NCBI GenBank assembly: GCA_002104945.1
Contig: MCFH01000124.1
Location: 1-35,236 of the forward strand
Length of the DNA: 35,236 bases
Source: Piromyces finnis finn
Taxonomy: Eukaryota > Fungi > Neocallimastigomycota
Direction: 5' to 3'
Part shown: in pieces, positions 14,653 through 24,669 of the stretch
Numbering within the stretch: position 1 is the stretch's first letter
Layout: every line of letters starts with the position of its first letter
Position numbers and translations under genes: made by a program
The notes under the pieces: model-generated
What the model was told of the DNA's origin: nothing
Seen by the model: only the letters and a program-made list of their open reading frames with translations
Databases searched by the model: none

Positions 14653-17600
14653 ATGGTATCTCATGTTGAAGCAATATTCGACTTTTATGGTCAAGATGAT
14701 TCCCAACTTTCTTTTAAGAAAGGTGATCATATTCAAGTTATTAGTCGATTGAATTCAGGTTGGTGGGATGGTATATGTAAAGGAAAAAGAGGATGGTTCC
14801 CATCAAATTATGTTGTTGAAACCTATATTGAGGAAAACCAAACCGTTCCATGGATTCCACAGTTAGATGCTCAAGGAAAACAATATTATGTAGATTCCAA
14901 GACTAAAGAAGCTTCTTATTATCCTATAATGAAGAATTTAAATGAAAAAGTAAGCAATAGTGGAATGGAACCTCTTCCAAGAAATTGGGGAATAAAATAT
15001 ACACATGATAGTAAACCATATTACTATAATAAGGAAACTGATGAAACTTGTTGGTCTTTGGATGAAATTAATTTAGAAACAGGGCTTTTAAAGAAACGCA
15101 GTAATTCAAACTCTTTTGGATCAATTAATGAAGAAATAAGTTATTCTACAAGTCCAAAGGCTGGTGAGTTAACTTGGGAAAAAATCTCTAATGATATTTA
15201 TTATTGTCTTCAACAACTTTATAAATCTGCTCGCTTAAATAAAAAGGAATCCTATATTAGTCATTCTGCCTCTATAGTAGAAACCATTCGTACAATGCTA
15301 TATGCCTCAAATACAGCTAAACGTGATTGCCAAATCTTTACTAATAATAAGGCTTTAAAACAACTTTATAGACATATAATGGATTCTTTATCTGAGTTAG
15401 TTGTTACTACAAAGACAGCTTCACAAATTTGGCCACCACCAGATGCTGTATCAAAAATGCAACAGGCTGCCAACAATGTACATCTTAGCGTTAAAAACTT
15501 TATTAAAATGTCTAAAGAATTAAATTTACCATTAGATATTGGACTTGTCGAAGATAGTAATAGTGATGATAAAAATGATGGTGATAGAGCTGATGAAACA
15601 CAACAAAATTCATCAAAGATTATTTCCCAATTAGAAGAATATTCTCGAACTATTAGTGAAAGTACACAAAAACTTAACAAAACAGTTCGTACTCAAGAAA
15701 ATGTTTCTAGCGAGTTAATTATTACTGAAACTAGAAACATTGTAATTGATGTTGGTGATTTCCTTACTGTTATTGATGAAATTAATTATGATATGTTAAA
15801 TAATGAAATTGTTGTTGATTTCAAGACAAATCGTTTAACTGTATGTAATAGAATCTACGGCTTAGTTATGACTACACAAAATATTGTTAATACTTTAAGA
15901 CCAAGTAATTTTGAGGAACAGATTCTTTTAAGTACTGAATTAATTGAAAAGGCTATTAAAGAACTTGTAATTTCCACAAAATGTCTACTTCAAGAAAAAG
16001 AAAATGTTGATCAATATCAAAAAATATATTATGACTATAACCGTAGGGCGTCTGCTTCATCTGAAGCATCTCTTGTAAATTCTTCTGCTTCTTCAAACGA
16101 TACAAATAACTTTTCTTCTCCTGCCAGTGTTAATGTTGCTTCAATAAATAATAATACATCAATAAATAATACTGCTTCGTTAACACGTAATCGTAGAGCT
16201 ATGTCAATGGACGTTCCAGATACTGAATACCCAGATTTTGAAGAAAATGGTCAAGCTAGAAATAGAACCTTTTCTCAACGATCATTACCAAGTAAACTTA
16301 CCGAGAATTTTAACAATATGTACATTACTAATCCACATCCACGTAAGAGTTCTTCTCATTCTGTCTCACCAATACAACCACCACCATTATATTATGATCA
16401 AAATGGTGTTCAAGTTGAAATTGATCAGTTTAGTGAACGTAAGACTTCAGCTAAATTAATGCAACTTTTAGGTTCAGAGGTAACAAATGCTCCTCCTAAG
16501 AAGAAGTGGTATTTAGAATATGATTATGATGTAAAAGATCTTTTATTTAATATGGATGGAAAGGTTAAAGGTGGAACATTTGAAGCTCTTGTTGAACGAT
16601 TAACTTGTCATGATTCCTTTGATGCTAATTTTACAAATACTTTCCTTTTAACTTACCGTTCTTTTTGTACTACTATACAATTCATGTCTGAGTTATTAAA
16701 GAGATATTTACTTCCACAACCAGCAGGTCTTACAGATATTAATGAAGTTAATGAATGGCATGAAAAGAAATTAAAACCAATTCGTCTTCGTGTATGTAAT
16801 GTTGTAAAAAGTTGGTTAGAATATGCTATTGAAACTGATGAAGAAGATCAAAAAGCTTTCAATATGGCAAAGGAATTCTTTGATAGACAAATTCAAAGTG
16901 ATCCAACCTTCCTTACTGTATCAAAACTTCTTGATAGATTTGATAAAGGTTTTACTAAGGGAATTGCTCCATCTCCTGGTCGTGAAGCTCCAGTTCCAAT
17001 CATACCGAAATCTTTTCGTCATATACGTTTCAATGAACTTGATCCAACAGAAATAGCTAGACAATTAACATTAATGTGCTCTAAATTGTATAACCAAATT
17101 CAACCAGTAGAATGTCTTAATAAAGCATGGTCACAAAAAATTAATTCACCAGCCGTAAATATTAAGATGATGATTGAAATGTCAAACCAAGTTACTGGAT
17201 GGGTTGCAATTACAATTTTGAAAGAAACTGATTTAAAGAAGCGTGCATCTATAATGAAGCATTTTATATATATTGCTGAAAAATGTTATGCATTAAATAA
17301 CTTTAATACTTTAATGTCTATTTTAGCTGGTTTTAGTTCAGCTCCAATTCATCGTTTAAGAAGAACCTGGGACTTTTTAAGTAATAAAAATATAGCTACT
17401 TTGGACTCATTAAATAAGACTATGGATAGAAACAAAAACTTTTCTACTTATCGTGAACAACTTCACTCAGTAAACCCACCATGTGTTCCATTTTTAGGTG
17501 TTTATCTTACTGATTTAACTTTCATTGATGATGGTAACTCAAATAATCTTAAGAATGCTGATGGTGAGGTTAATGAAAAGTTAATTAACTTTAGTAAGAG

Positions 17601-17814
17601 AAGTAAAACTGCCGATGTAATTCGTGAAATTCAACAATATCAAAATCAAGTTTACTGTTTACAGGATGTTCCAGAATTACAAAATTGGTTAAAGGAATCT
17701 TTAGTAAGAATTGAGGATGAATCTGATATGTATAATATGTCTTTAAGTTTAGAACCAATAGAACGTGAAGATGAAAAGCTTGCTAGATTGTTAATTGAAT
17801 CTGGTTTTATTTAA
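14653..17814 (+). CDS. CDC25: Ras guanine-nucleotide exchange factor (Cdc25/Ste6-like): SH3, two WW, helical region, REM, CDC25 catalytic domain; 1053 aa, intronless
   Basis: SH3: VEAIFDFYGQDDSQLSFKKGDHIQV...SGWWDGICKGKRGWFPSNYV. WW-like: PWIPQLDAQGKQYYVD and LPRNWGIKYTHDSKPYYYNKETDETCW. REM: VKGGTFEALVERLT..FLLTYRSF..RLRVCNVVKSWLE. CDC25 domain: EIARQLTL, NNFNTLMSILAG, RLRRTW, PPCVPFLGVYLTDLTFIDDGN, INFSKR. Confidence 0.95.
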   Translation: MVSHVEAIFDFYGQDDSQLSFKKGDHIQVISRLNSGWWDGICKGKRGWFPSNYVVETYIEENQTVPWIPQLDAQGKQYYVDSKTKEASYYPIMKNLNEKVSNSGMEPLPRNWGIKYTHDSKPYYYNKETDETCWSLDEINLETGLLKKRSNSNSFGSINEEISYSTSPKAGELTWEKISNDIYYCLQQLYKSARLNKKESYISHSASIVETIRTMLYASNTAKRDCQIFTNNKALKQLYRHIMDSLSELVVTTKTASQIWPPPDAVSKMQQAANNVHLSVKNFIKMSKELNLPLDIGLVEDSNSDDKNDGDRADETQQNSSKIISQLEEYSRTISESTQKLNKTVRTQENVSSELIITETRNIVIDVGDFLTVIDEINYDMLNNEIVVDFKTNRLTVCNRIYGLVMTTQNIVNTLRPSNFEEQILLSTELIEKAIKELVISTKCLLQEKENVDQYQKIYYDYNRRASASSEASLVNSSASSNDTNNFSSPASVNVASINNNTSINNTASLTRNRRAMSMDVPDTEYPDFEENGQARNRTFSQRSLPSKLTENFNNMYITNPHPRKSSSHSVSPIQPPPLYYDQNGVQVEIDQFSERKTSAKLMQLLGSEVTNAPPKKKWYLEYDYDVKDLLFNMDGKVKGGTFEALVERLTCHDSFDANFTNTFLLTYRSFCTTIQFMSELLKRYLLPQPAGLTDINEVNEWHEKKLKPIRLRVCNVVKSWLEYAIETDEEDQKAFNMAKEFFDRQIQSDPTFLTVSKLLDRFDKGFTKGIAPSPGREAPVPIIPKSFRHIRFNELDPTEIARQLTLMCSKLYNQIQPVECLNKAWSQKINSPAVNIKMMIEMSNQVTGWVAITILKETDLKKRASIMKHFIYIAEKCYALNNFNTLMSILAGFSSAPIHRLRRTWDFLSNKNIATLDSLNKTMDRNKNFSTYREQLHSVNPPCVPFLGVYLTDLTFIDDGNSNNLKNADGEVNEKLINFSKRSKTADVIREIQQYQNQVYCLQDVPELQNWLKESLVRIEDESDMYNMSLSLEPIEREDEKLARLLIESGFI

Positions 17815-18848
17815 TCAAAATAAGATATTATCATAATTTAACTCTTCATAAATAATGTTTTTTTTTTTTTTTTTAATAAATTCAATAAATTATTTTAAAA
17901 TCATTACATAGCCATATATACTTTAAAAATGATTTATTGACAAAAGTAAATTTATAAAAACAATGAATTTTATATTTGTATTTTTTAAAAGAAAAAAAAT
18001 TATAATTATTAATTTTTCTATCAGTTAAAAATTACATATAATCATATATAAAAAAGTTATATATTTTAATCATTTATATTAATTTATTTTTTTTTTTGAA
18101 TAATAAAATAAAAATAAAAACAAAAATTAGTAAAAATGATATTAAATCTTTTGGTTTTGTTAATTTGATGAAAGTAATTAAATATATGTAATAAAAATAG
18201 GATACTTGATAATATATTTAATTTAATATAAAATACACAAAGTTCCTTTTCTTTTTTCTAAATAAAAAGAAATTAATAATAAAATCACTAAAAAATCAAT
18301 AACCAAAATTATATTTTCTAATAAAATAAAATAAAAAATTTTATACAACCATTTCCAACTTTAATTTTTAAATTAAATATTTATTTTCATACTTATTGTT
18401 ATCATATTCAGTGTAACTATGACTATAAATTTTTTCTGATTCATTGCAGTGAAACAACTAACACAGCGTTTCTATTCCACTCAAAAAAAATAAAAGTTAT
18501 CATCACCATATGTTAACAATAAATAATATTTTTTTTAAATCTTATTTAAAAAAGAAATTTACCATTAATACAACTAGTATTAATAATTATTTTCTTTTTT
18601 AACAACTTTTTGCTTAATGATTAATTAAAAAAAACTTGGAAAAAAACTATTATTTATATATCATTAAAAAAATTAGTGGCTTTTTATTACCAATAAAATC
18701 TTATGAATATCATTCATTTAAAGATATGATTGGCTAATTACTTAAAAATCTTATTGGATATTCTATATATAAATAGTGCTAATTTTCCATGCCAGAATTT
18801 TTATTTTTATCTTTTAGTAAAACTGAAAAAAAGTATTTATTAATAAAG

Positions 18849-19375
18849 CTTAAATTATATAGTATTTAAGAAATTATTAATAAAGTATCAAGAAGTTTTA
18901 TTAGATTTCTAATATAGATGAGTAGTAACGATGATTAAGGATGTAGGTAGCATTAGATTAGTGTATCCTTATGTATTTTCATACATTTGGTAGGCACTAA
19001 TCACCCAAGGTGATGTATAATACTATCCTTAATATCGAAGATAGAAGTATTATTTTGAAGGATTGGTAGTTATAGTGTATTATAGCTTCTTTTAGCGTAT
19101 CCTTGAGCAGTCTTTACATTTGGATTTTTTTCCATGTTTAGACCGTTCGGAGAAACTGAAAGGTTCCAGGTTATTTTATGCTTATCGATTTTTCAAAGTA
19201 ATTGTTACCATATATTCTATATCTTTTCGGAAAAGTACAAGGTAACGCAGTTATCAGTACTGACTCGTCACTATGTGGCGTTGATCGTTGAGGTAAACCA
19301 TATGGAAAACATCTCATTATTAAAACAACAAATTATAAAATTAATTAATTTAAAAATTTTATATGAAAAATATTT
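18849..19375 (+). repeat. Left arm of 527-bp near-perfect inverted repeat
   Basis: Reverse complement of 20976-21502 with no indels (paired coordinates sum to 40351). One mismatch seen (18896 vs 21455). Weaker similarity extends to ~18834/21518 outward and a few tens of bp inward. Confidence 0.97.
18915..19314 (+). ncRNA. snR30: snR30/U17 (SNORA73)-family H/ACA snoRNA, copy 1 (5' end approximate)
   Basis: 3' end reads AAACCAU(19295-19301)-auggaaa-ACA(19309-19311)-UCU, i.e. the m2 motif 7 nt before the ACA box as in yeast snR30 and vertebrate U17. An m1-like AUAUUCUAU (19212-19220) lies opposite it, closed by stems uuaccau/auggaaa and aucuu/gaggu. Candidate H box AAAGUA at 19195-19200. The body is GC-richer than its flanks and has many hairpins (auguau-uuuc-auacau, aucacc-caa-ggugau, aguuauag-ugua-uuauagcu). 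Confidence 0.8.
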
Positions 19376-19458
19376 ATTTTTTTGATATATGTTATTATTT
19401 GTTAATTTTATTAAAATTTTGATTAATTTAAATATAAATTTGTAAAAGCAATTTAGTT

Positions 19459-20430
19459 TTATACTACTTTAGTTAAATTTTGAGTTTTAGTATTTTCAAG
19501 TTTATGATATTCTCCATATTCTCTATCCTTTATATATAATTTTACTTTTCTAACAATGTATCGAGAAATGAAATAGAAAACTAGTGCTGAGGCAATGCTT
19601 AAAGCAAATAATGAAAATAAATTCTGTACCATTCTTTTCATAAATGGAGTATGAATTAATATATATTTCTGATATTCTTCTTGATAAATATTCATCATTA
19701 TATTTTTTGGTTTAAATTTTACAGGTTCTGGCACACCCCATTCGTGCATTGAAACAACCACTTTTATATATATTTATTTTAACAAGGAATATAAAAATAA
19801 TTTATAAATCATAGTATTCATGTTATATTTTTAATTAAAAAATAGGAAATTTAAATTTTATTATATTTATTTATTTTTATTTTATGAGGAAAAAAAAAAA
19901 AAAAAATAATTACCTAAACCTCTTACTACACCATTAAAATCATTTTCAAAATCAAAAACATTGCTTAGAGTCCAGGTAAAAGTTTGTGGAAGAGGTTTAT
20001 CTTTTCCATTAAAATGTTCCAAAGTACTATTAATAGGCGACTTTACACCACATTTTTTTGGTCTAAAATATTGATCGTTAATATTTATAAACTGACCAAT
20101 TCTTAAATTAAGATCCTCCTCTTCCGTAAAATGGGTTTGATTTTCATGTTCAACATAAAGGATAAGACCTTTGATACTTTTATATTTTGAACCAAAAAGT
20201 GTAATGGTAAAATCGGGTGAAAACTTTATATTATTTTTTAATTTTGGTTGAATGGTGAGCATAAATCCACCAGTTGGATCATCAATATTTTCAGAAACAA
20301 AATGATTTCTGGTATTTATGCTATCAAGCTCAGCTGAGCAATAAGGTGATTCGTATGAATGACATTGACCATTATTTATATAAAATATATAAAATAATAA
20401 TATTATTTTATATAGACAACTTTTAATCAT
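19459..20430 (-). CDS. Signal peptide + Reeler-like domain + C-terminal transmembrane helix protein; 2 exons (20430-19914, 19760-19459)
   Basis: Hydrophobic N-terminus MIKSCLYKIILLFYIFYINNGQC. Reeler-like motifs include PYC, FTITLFGSKYKSIKGLILYVE, RIGQF, KKC, STLEHFNGKDK and FTWT, with GL|VVVSMHEWG joined across a phase-1 GT-AG intron. TM segment LFSLFALSIASALVFYFI, followed by a basic stop-transfer stretch. Confidence 0.7.
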
Positions 20431-20975
20431 TTTTTTTTTTAATTTTTATTTTTATTAAAATATATTATATATACAAAGTTATTTTATACAAGCAACATAA
20501 ATAAATGGATAGTATGAAAAATTTTAAAATTCAAATTTAAAATCAATAAATTAGAAATTTTAAAAAAAAATAAAATAAAAATTATATATTAAAAATTTTC
20601 TTTTATTATTATTTAATTTTTATATATATTATAATCTTTTATCTATTAATTATGTATGATACATGTATTTATAAATAAAAATAATTAATTAAAATAGGTT
20701 TAAATAAATATAAAAGAATAAAAATGGATATATTGTAATTATAATTAAAATAAGGCACTATTATAATATAATAATTGTTCTTTAATGGAGCAAATAAACA
20801 TATACCAAACTTTTCCAGGACAGAATTATAACTCTATCTATTGATTGCACTAATCCTAATGGTCAAAAGTTCCCGTTGATTGTTATAATATGTATCTTTC
20901 GGAATTTCCTTGATTAAATTTGAAACTCTTTCCATATATATATATTTTTTTAATCAGAAAAATTAATAAAAAAAC

Positions 20976-21502
20976 AAATATTTTTCATATAAAATTTTTA
21001 AATTAATTAATTTTATAATTTGTTGTTTTAATAATGAGATGTTTTCCATATGGTTTACCTCAACGATCAACGCCACATAGTGACGAGTCAGTACTGATAA
21101 CTGCGTTACCTTGTACTTTTCCGAAAAGATATAGAATATATGGTAACAATTACTTTGAAAAATCGATAAGCATAAAATAACCTGGAACCTTTCAGTTTCT
21201 CCGAACGGTCTAAACATGGAAAAAAATCCAAATGTAAAGACTGCTCAAGGATACGCTAAAAGAAGCTATAATACACTATAACTACCAATCCTTCAAAATA
21301 ATACTTCTATCTTCGATATTAAGGATAGTATTATACATCACCTTGGGTGATTAGTGCCTACCAAATGTATGAAAATACATAAGGATACACTAATCTAATG
21401 CTACCTACATCCTTAATCATCGTTACTACTCATCTATATTAGAAATCTAATAAACCTTCTTGATACTTTATTAATAATTTCTTAAATACTATATAATTTA
21501 AG
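20976..21502 (-). repeat. Right arm of 527-bp near-perfect inverted repeat
   Basis: Reverse complement of 18849-19375. The ORF track shows the same MFRPFGETERF... translation on opposite strands. Confidence 0.97.
21037..21436 (-). ncRNA. snR30: snR30/U17-family H/ACA snoRNA, copy 2 (5' end approximate)
   Basis: Identical to copy 1 over the predicted RNA: ACA box at 21042-21040, m2 at 21056-21050, m1-like motif at 21139-21131. Confidence 0.8.
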
Positions 21503-21942
21503 TTTTTATTAATAAATAATTAATTTTTAAAATAAAAACATTACCATATATTTAAAAATTTTGAATGTTATTGAGTTTATATACAAAACTTTTTTTGATT
21601 TTTAACCAATCAAATTATTTCATTTTAATGATTCTTAAAATATTATTGGATGTATAACTATTAATATTTATTATTGAGTTTTCTGTATTTTTTTATTTAT
21701 AATAATTAATAATTAATATATAATTTTTATTAGAGAAGAGATAAATTATAAATATAAAATAAAAGTACTAATTAATTAGTATTAATTAGTAGTATTACTA
21801 TTACTTTTATTTTTATAATTTATAATTTTTTTTAATATTATTATTATTGTTAAATATTTATTTAGATATATCAATGACAATATTTTATTTTTTATTATCT
21901 GTTTTACTTTTTATTATAAATAAAATATTTTTATGCATTTCT

Positions 21943-24669
21943 TTAAAATATATCTTCATTAGGGAAAAATATTTCTTTGAAATTTTTAAATATACCATAG
22001 TTATAGTGATTTTGAACATCTTCAAAACTAGATATTGTAGTATAACGATAACCATTCTTTATCATACCATCATAGTATTCATCCATATCTAATGCAGATG
22101 ATTTATTCTTTTTTTCTTCTTCATTCATATTGCTTTTTTCATTAGATGTGTTTCCTTTTCTATTTCTTATTCCATCTTTTTTTTCTTCTTGTTGCTGTTG
22201 TATTTTTTTACCTTCTTCTGTGATTTGATCACCAACATATGTTTTTGTAATAAAGGTTTCTCCATTGTCTAAACGTCCTTCTAGTCTTCCCCATTTGGCT
22301 AATTCATTAGCTAATATAACAATAATATGAAATAATATTAGTAAACATAATAAAAGAAAATATGTTTGAAAGAATAATATATATTCTATTCATTAAATTT
22401 TATACTTTAATAGTTAATCATGAAAAATCTTACTTGTCATTCCTGCAACAATAGAAAGATATGATTGATAGCCAGCAAAACCAATGACCACAAAGGCAGA
22501 AGCGCCTAAAAATAAAAATAAAGCACAAAGAATTGGCTCTTCATTAATCATAATCTATATTATTAAAAACATTTTTTTATTCTTAGTGTTAATTATAAAT
22601 TTAATAAAAATATTAAAGTACTATTATTTAAATATTTACCAAGAATAATTGCTTAAGATGAATTTCTTCATATTGATGAGTATAACGATTGAATGCATAA
22701 CCATTATCTATTCCCATAACGTGGGCTTTATCTTTCATAATATAAAAGGAAAGGTAACAACCATAGAAACTAATTATAATATTCGAAATAAGGAAAGTAA
22801 GGAACCATCTAAAATTTAAATATCCAACTAATATAAATATGGAAAGGGATTTTAAGTTAATTTGTGATAATAATTATATAAAAAATGAATAATTATTATA
22901 ATGAAGTTTAAGATATTGTCTATTTACCACAATTATTAATCCATGAACAGTGATGACTTTCATTTTCATTTATTTTATATTTATATAATAAAATGGAATA
23001 TTTATTACTTTTAATTCAACTTTTTTTTATAAAATAATTCATAAGAAAATATATTAATTACTCGGATTTAGCTACACAATGTCCACAAGTACTGCAATGT
23101 TTTGATCTTGCTGGTCTAATAATATGAATATTTTTTTTATAAAAATAAATAATTAAACTTAAACTGATAAAAAATATTTTATTTTATATATAAAATTTTC
23201 TTTCTCATTACTTATTAAATTGGCACGTTTTACATGTTCTTTCAGATACAAAATGTGGTCATATTTGAAATGTTTACAAATTTTGTCAACATTTTCTTTT
23301 GTAATAAAACCTGGATCCGATACACAAGCAATATAGAATGAAACATAAATAAATCCAATAACAACAGGCATAATAAAGCTATTCCCCAAAAAAATTTGAT
23401 AGAATATATATATAAATTAATAATACTTTTGAATTTTATCTTTGATATTCGATATGAATATATATTATTTAATGTTAATAATAAGATATATATTACAAAT
23501 GAATTGGGCCTAAATATCTATTTGGAAGACGACTAAGAGCTGTATAGAAAAAGAGAACGATACCTCCTGAGGAAATTGATAAATAAAACAACTATTATTT
23601 TATTTTTTTTTTATTAATTATTAGTAATATTATTATTTTAAAATGGAATTAAATGAATATATTTAATATATGATTAAATTTAAAAATGAGTTTTTAATTT
23701 AAAAGATAACATTATAAATTAAAAAAAAAAAAAATTATAAATAAATAAATGATTTTATGTTTTATATTATATTTAAAAGATTTGTTAATTAAATATTATC
23801 AATAATATTAAAATTGCATATAAAATTTCATACTTGGATAAATCTATGTCTAAAACCATATATGGCTTTGAAAATTTTGTTTTCTGTATTAAATTCTTTT
23901 CCAAAGATATATTTATATAATTGTCTTTAAAATAGAAAATTATTGAAATTAGTTACTATTCATTTAAATATTGGAAATAAAATATATAATATGTATTTTT
24001 CTTAAATTTTCAATAAAATATATACAAGAGATATTGACGAGCGCCAATAGTTAAGAACCAATGTATTTTTTCAATTATTGTTCCTTTGAACATCTAGCAA
24101 TAATGAAATTAATAATAAAATGTAAATGATATACGTATGTGAATATAAACAATTTTAAATTTTAATATTTTAATTAAAAAAAAAAAAAAAAAAAAAAAAA
24201 AGGAATTTCCTTAATTAATCATTATGAAATTAAAAACATTTGTATAGAAATATAGAAAAAAATATAAAATGGAGAAATTTAAGACTTAAAATTATAATGA
24301 ATTGAATTATAGGTGCCATAAAATATTACTTCATTTGGTCCAAATAACATAATAAATATGAAGCTGCATATTATAAAAACGTATATACCAAGTATATAGA
24401 GTACAGACTATATGACAGTTCAGTTTAAAAAATTGTATTAAAGATATTTAAGTAGAAAATAAAAATAAATGAGTTAATATTTAAAATGCAATTTTATGAT
24501 TTTTGAATGAAACTTTATTAAACGATTTTTTTTAAATAAATAAATAAATGATAAAATAATAATAAAATAAAAGGATTTGTCGAATTTGTATATAACATAA
24601 CATATTGATAAACTGTTTTAACAATTGATTTTTTTAAATTTCATAATGTATAATATTTTATTTTACCAT
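21943..24669 (-). CDS. SWF1: DHHC palmitoyltransferase, Swf1-like; 11 exons, ~420 aa, with a 1-nt frame break in exon 6
   Basis: Exons (minus strand): 24669-24667 (ATG only, tentative), 24407-24330, 24093-24026, 23924-23834, 23591-23497, 23378-23212, 23115-23062, 22956-22928, 22827-22640, 22554-22434, 22310-21943. Motifs: [87 protein letters not shown] (TTxE) and NHYNYGIFKNFKEIFFP (PaCCT-like). Confidence 0.88.

Noticed and set aside
15366-17056. ORFs overlapping the Ras GEF (15366-15680, 16238-16459, 16823-17056)
   Set aside because: Shadow frames of a strongly supported CDS with no independent signal.
18405-18510. Slightly GC-richer patch reading FIAVKQLTQRFYSTQKK, or a possible C/D-like ATGACTA...CTGA
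   Set aside because: The peptide has a stop immediately upstream and no start codon. The C/D spacing is too short and the box C match is poor.
18915-19314. Alternative identities for the structured RNA: U1, U2, U3, U5, U6, RNase P/MRP, SRP, telomerase RNA
   Set aside because: None of their hallmark motifs was found on either strand, whereas the m1/m2/ACA arrangement matches snR30/U17.
19134-19385. 83-84 aa ORF MFRPFGETERF... present in both repeat arms (also 20963-21217)
   Set aside because: No recognisable domain, and several frames are similarly open. The region is better explained by the snR30/U17 motifs and RNA structure.
18834-21518. Pack-MULE, foldback or DIRS element with long terminal inverted repeats
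   Set aside because: No target-site duplication, no defined terminal motif and no transposase, RT or recombinase seen. The arms correspond to a snoRNA gene plus its flanks.
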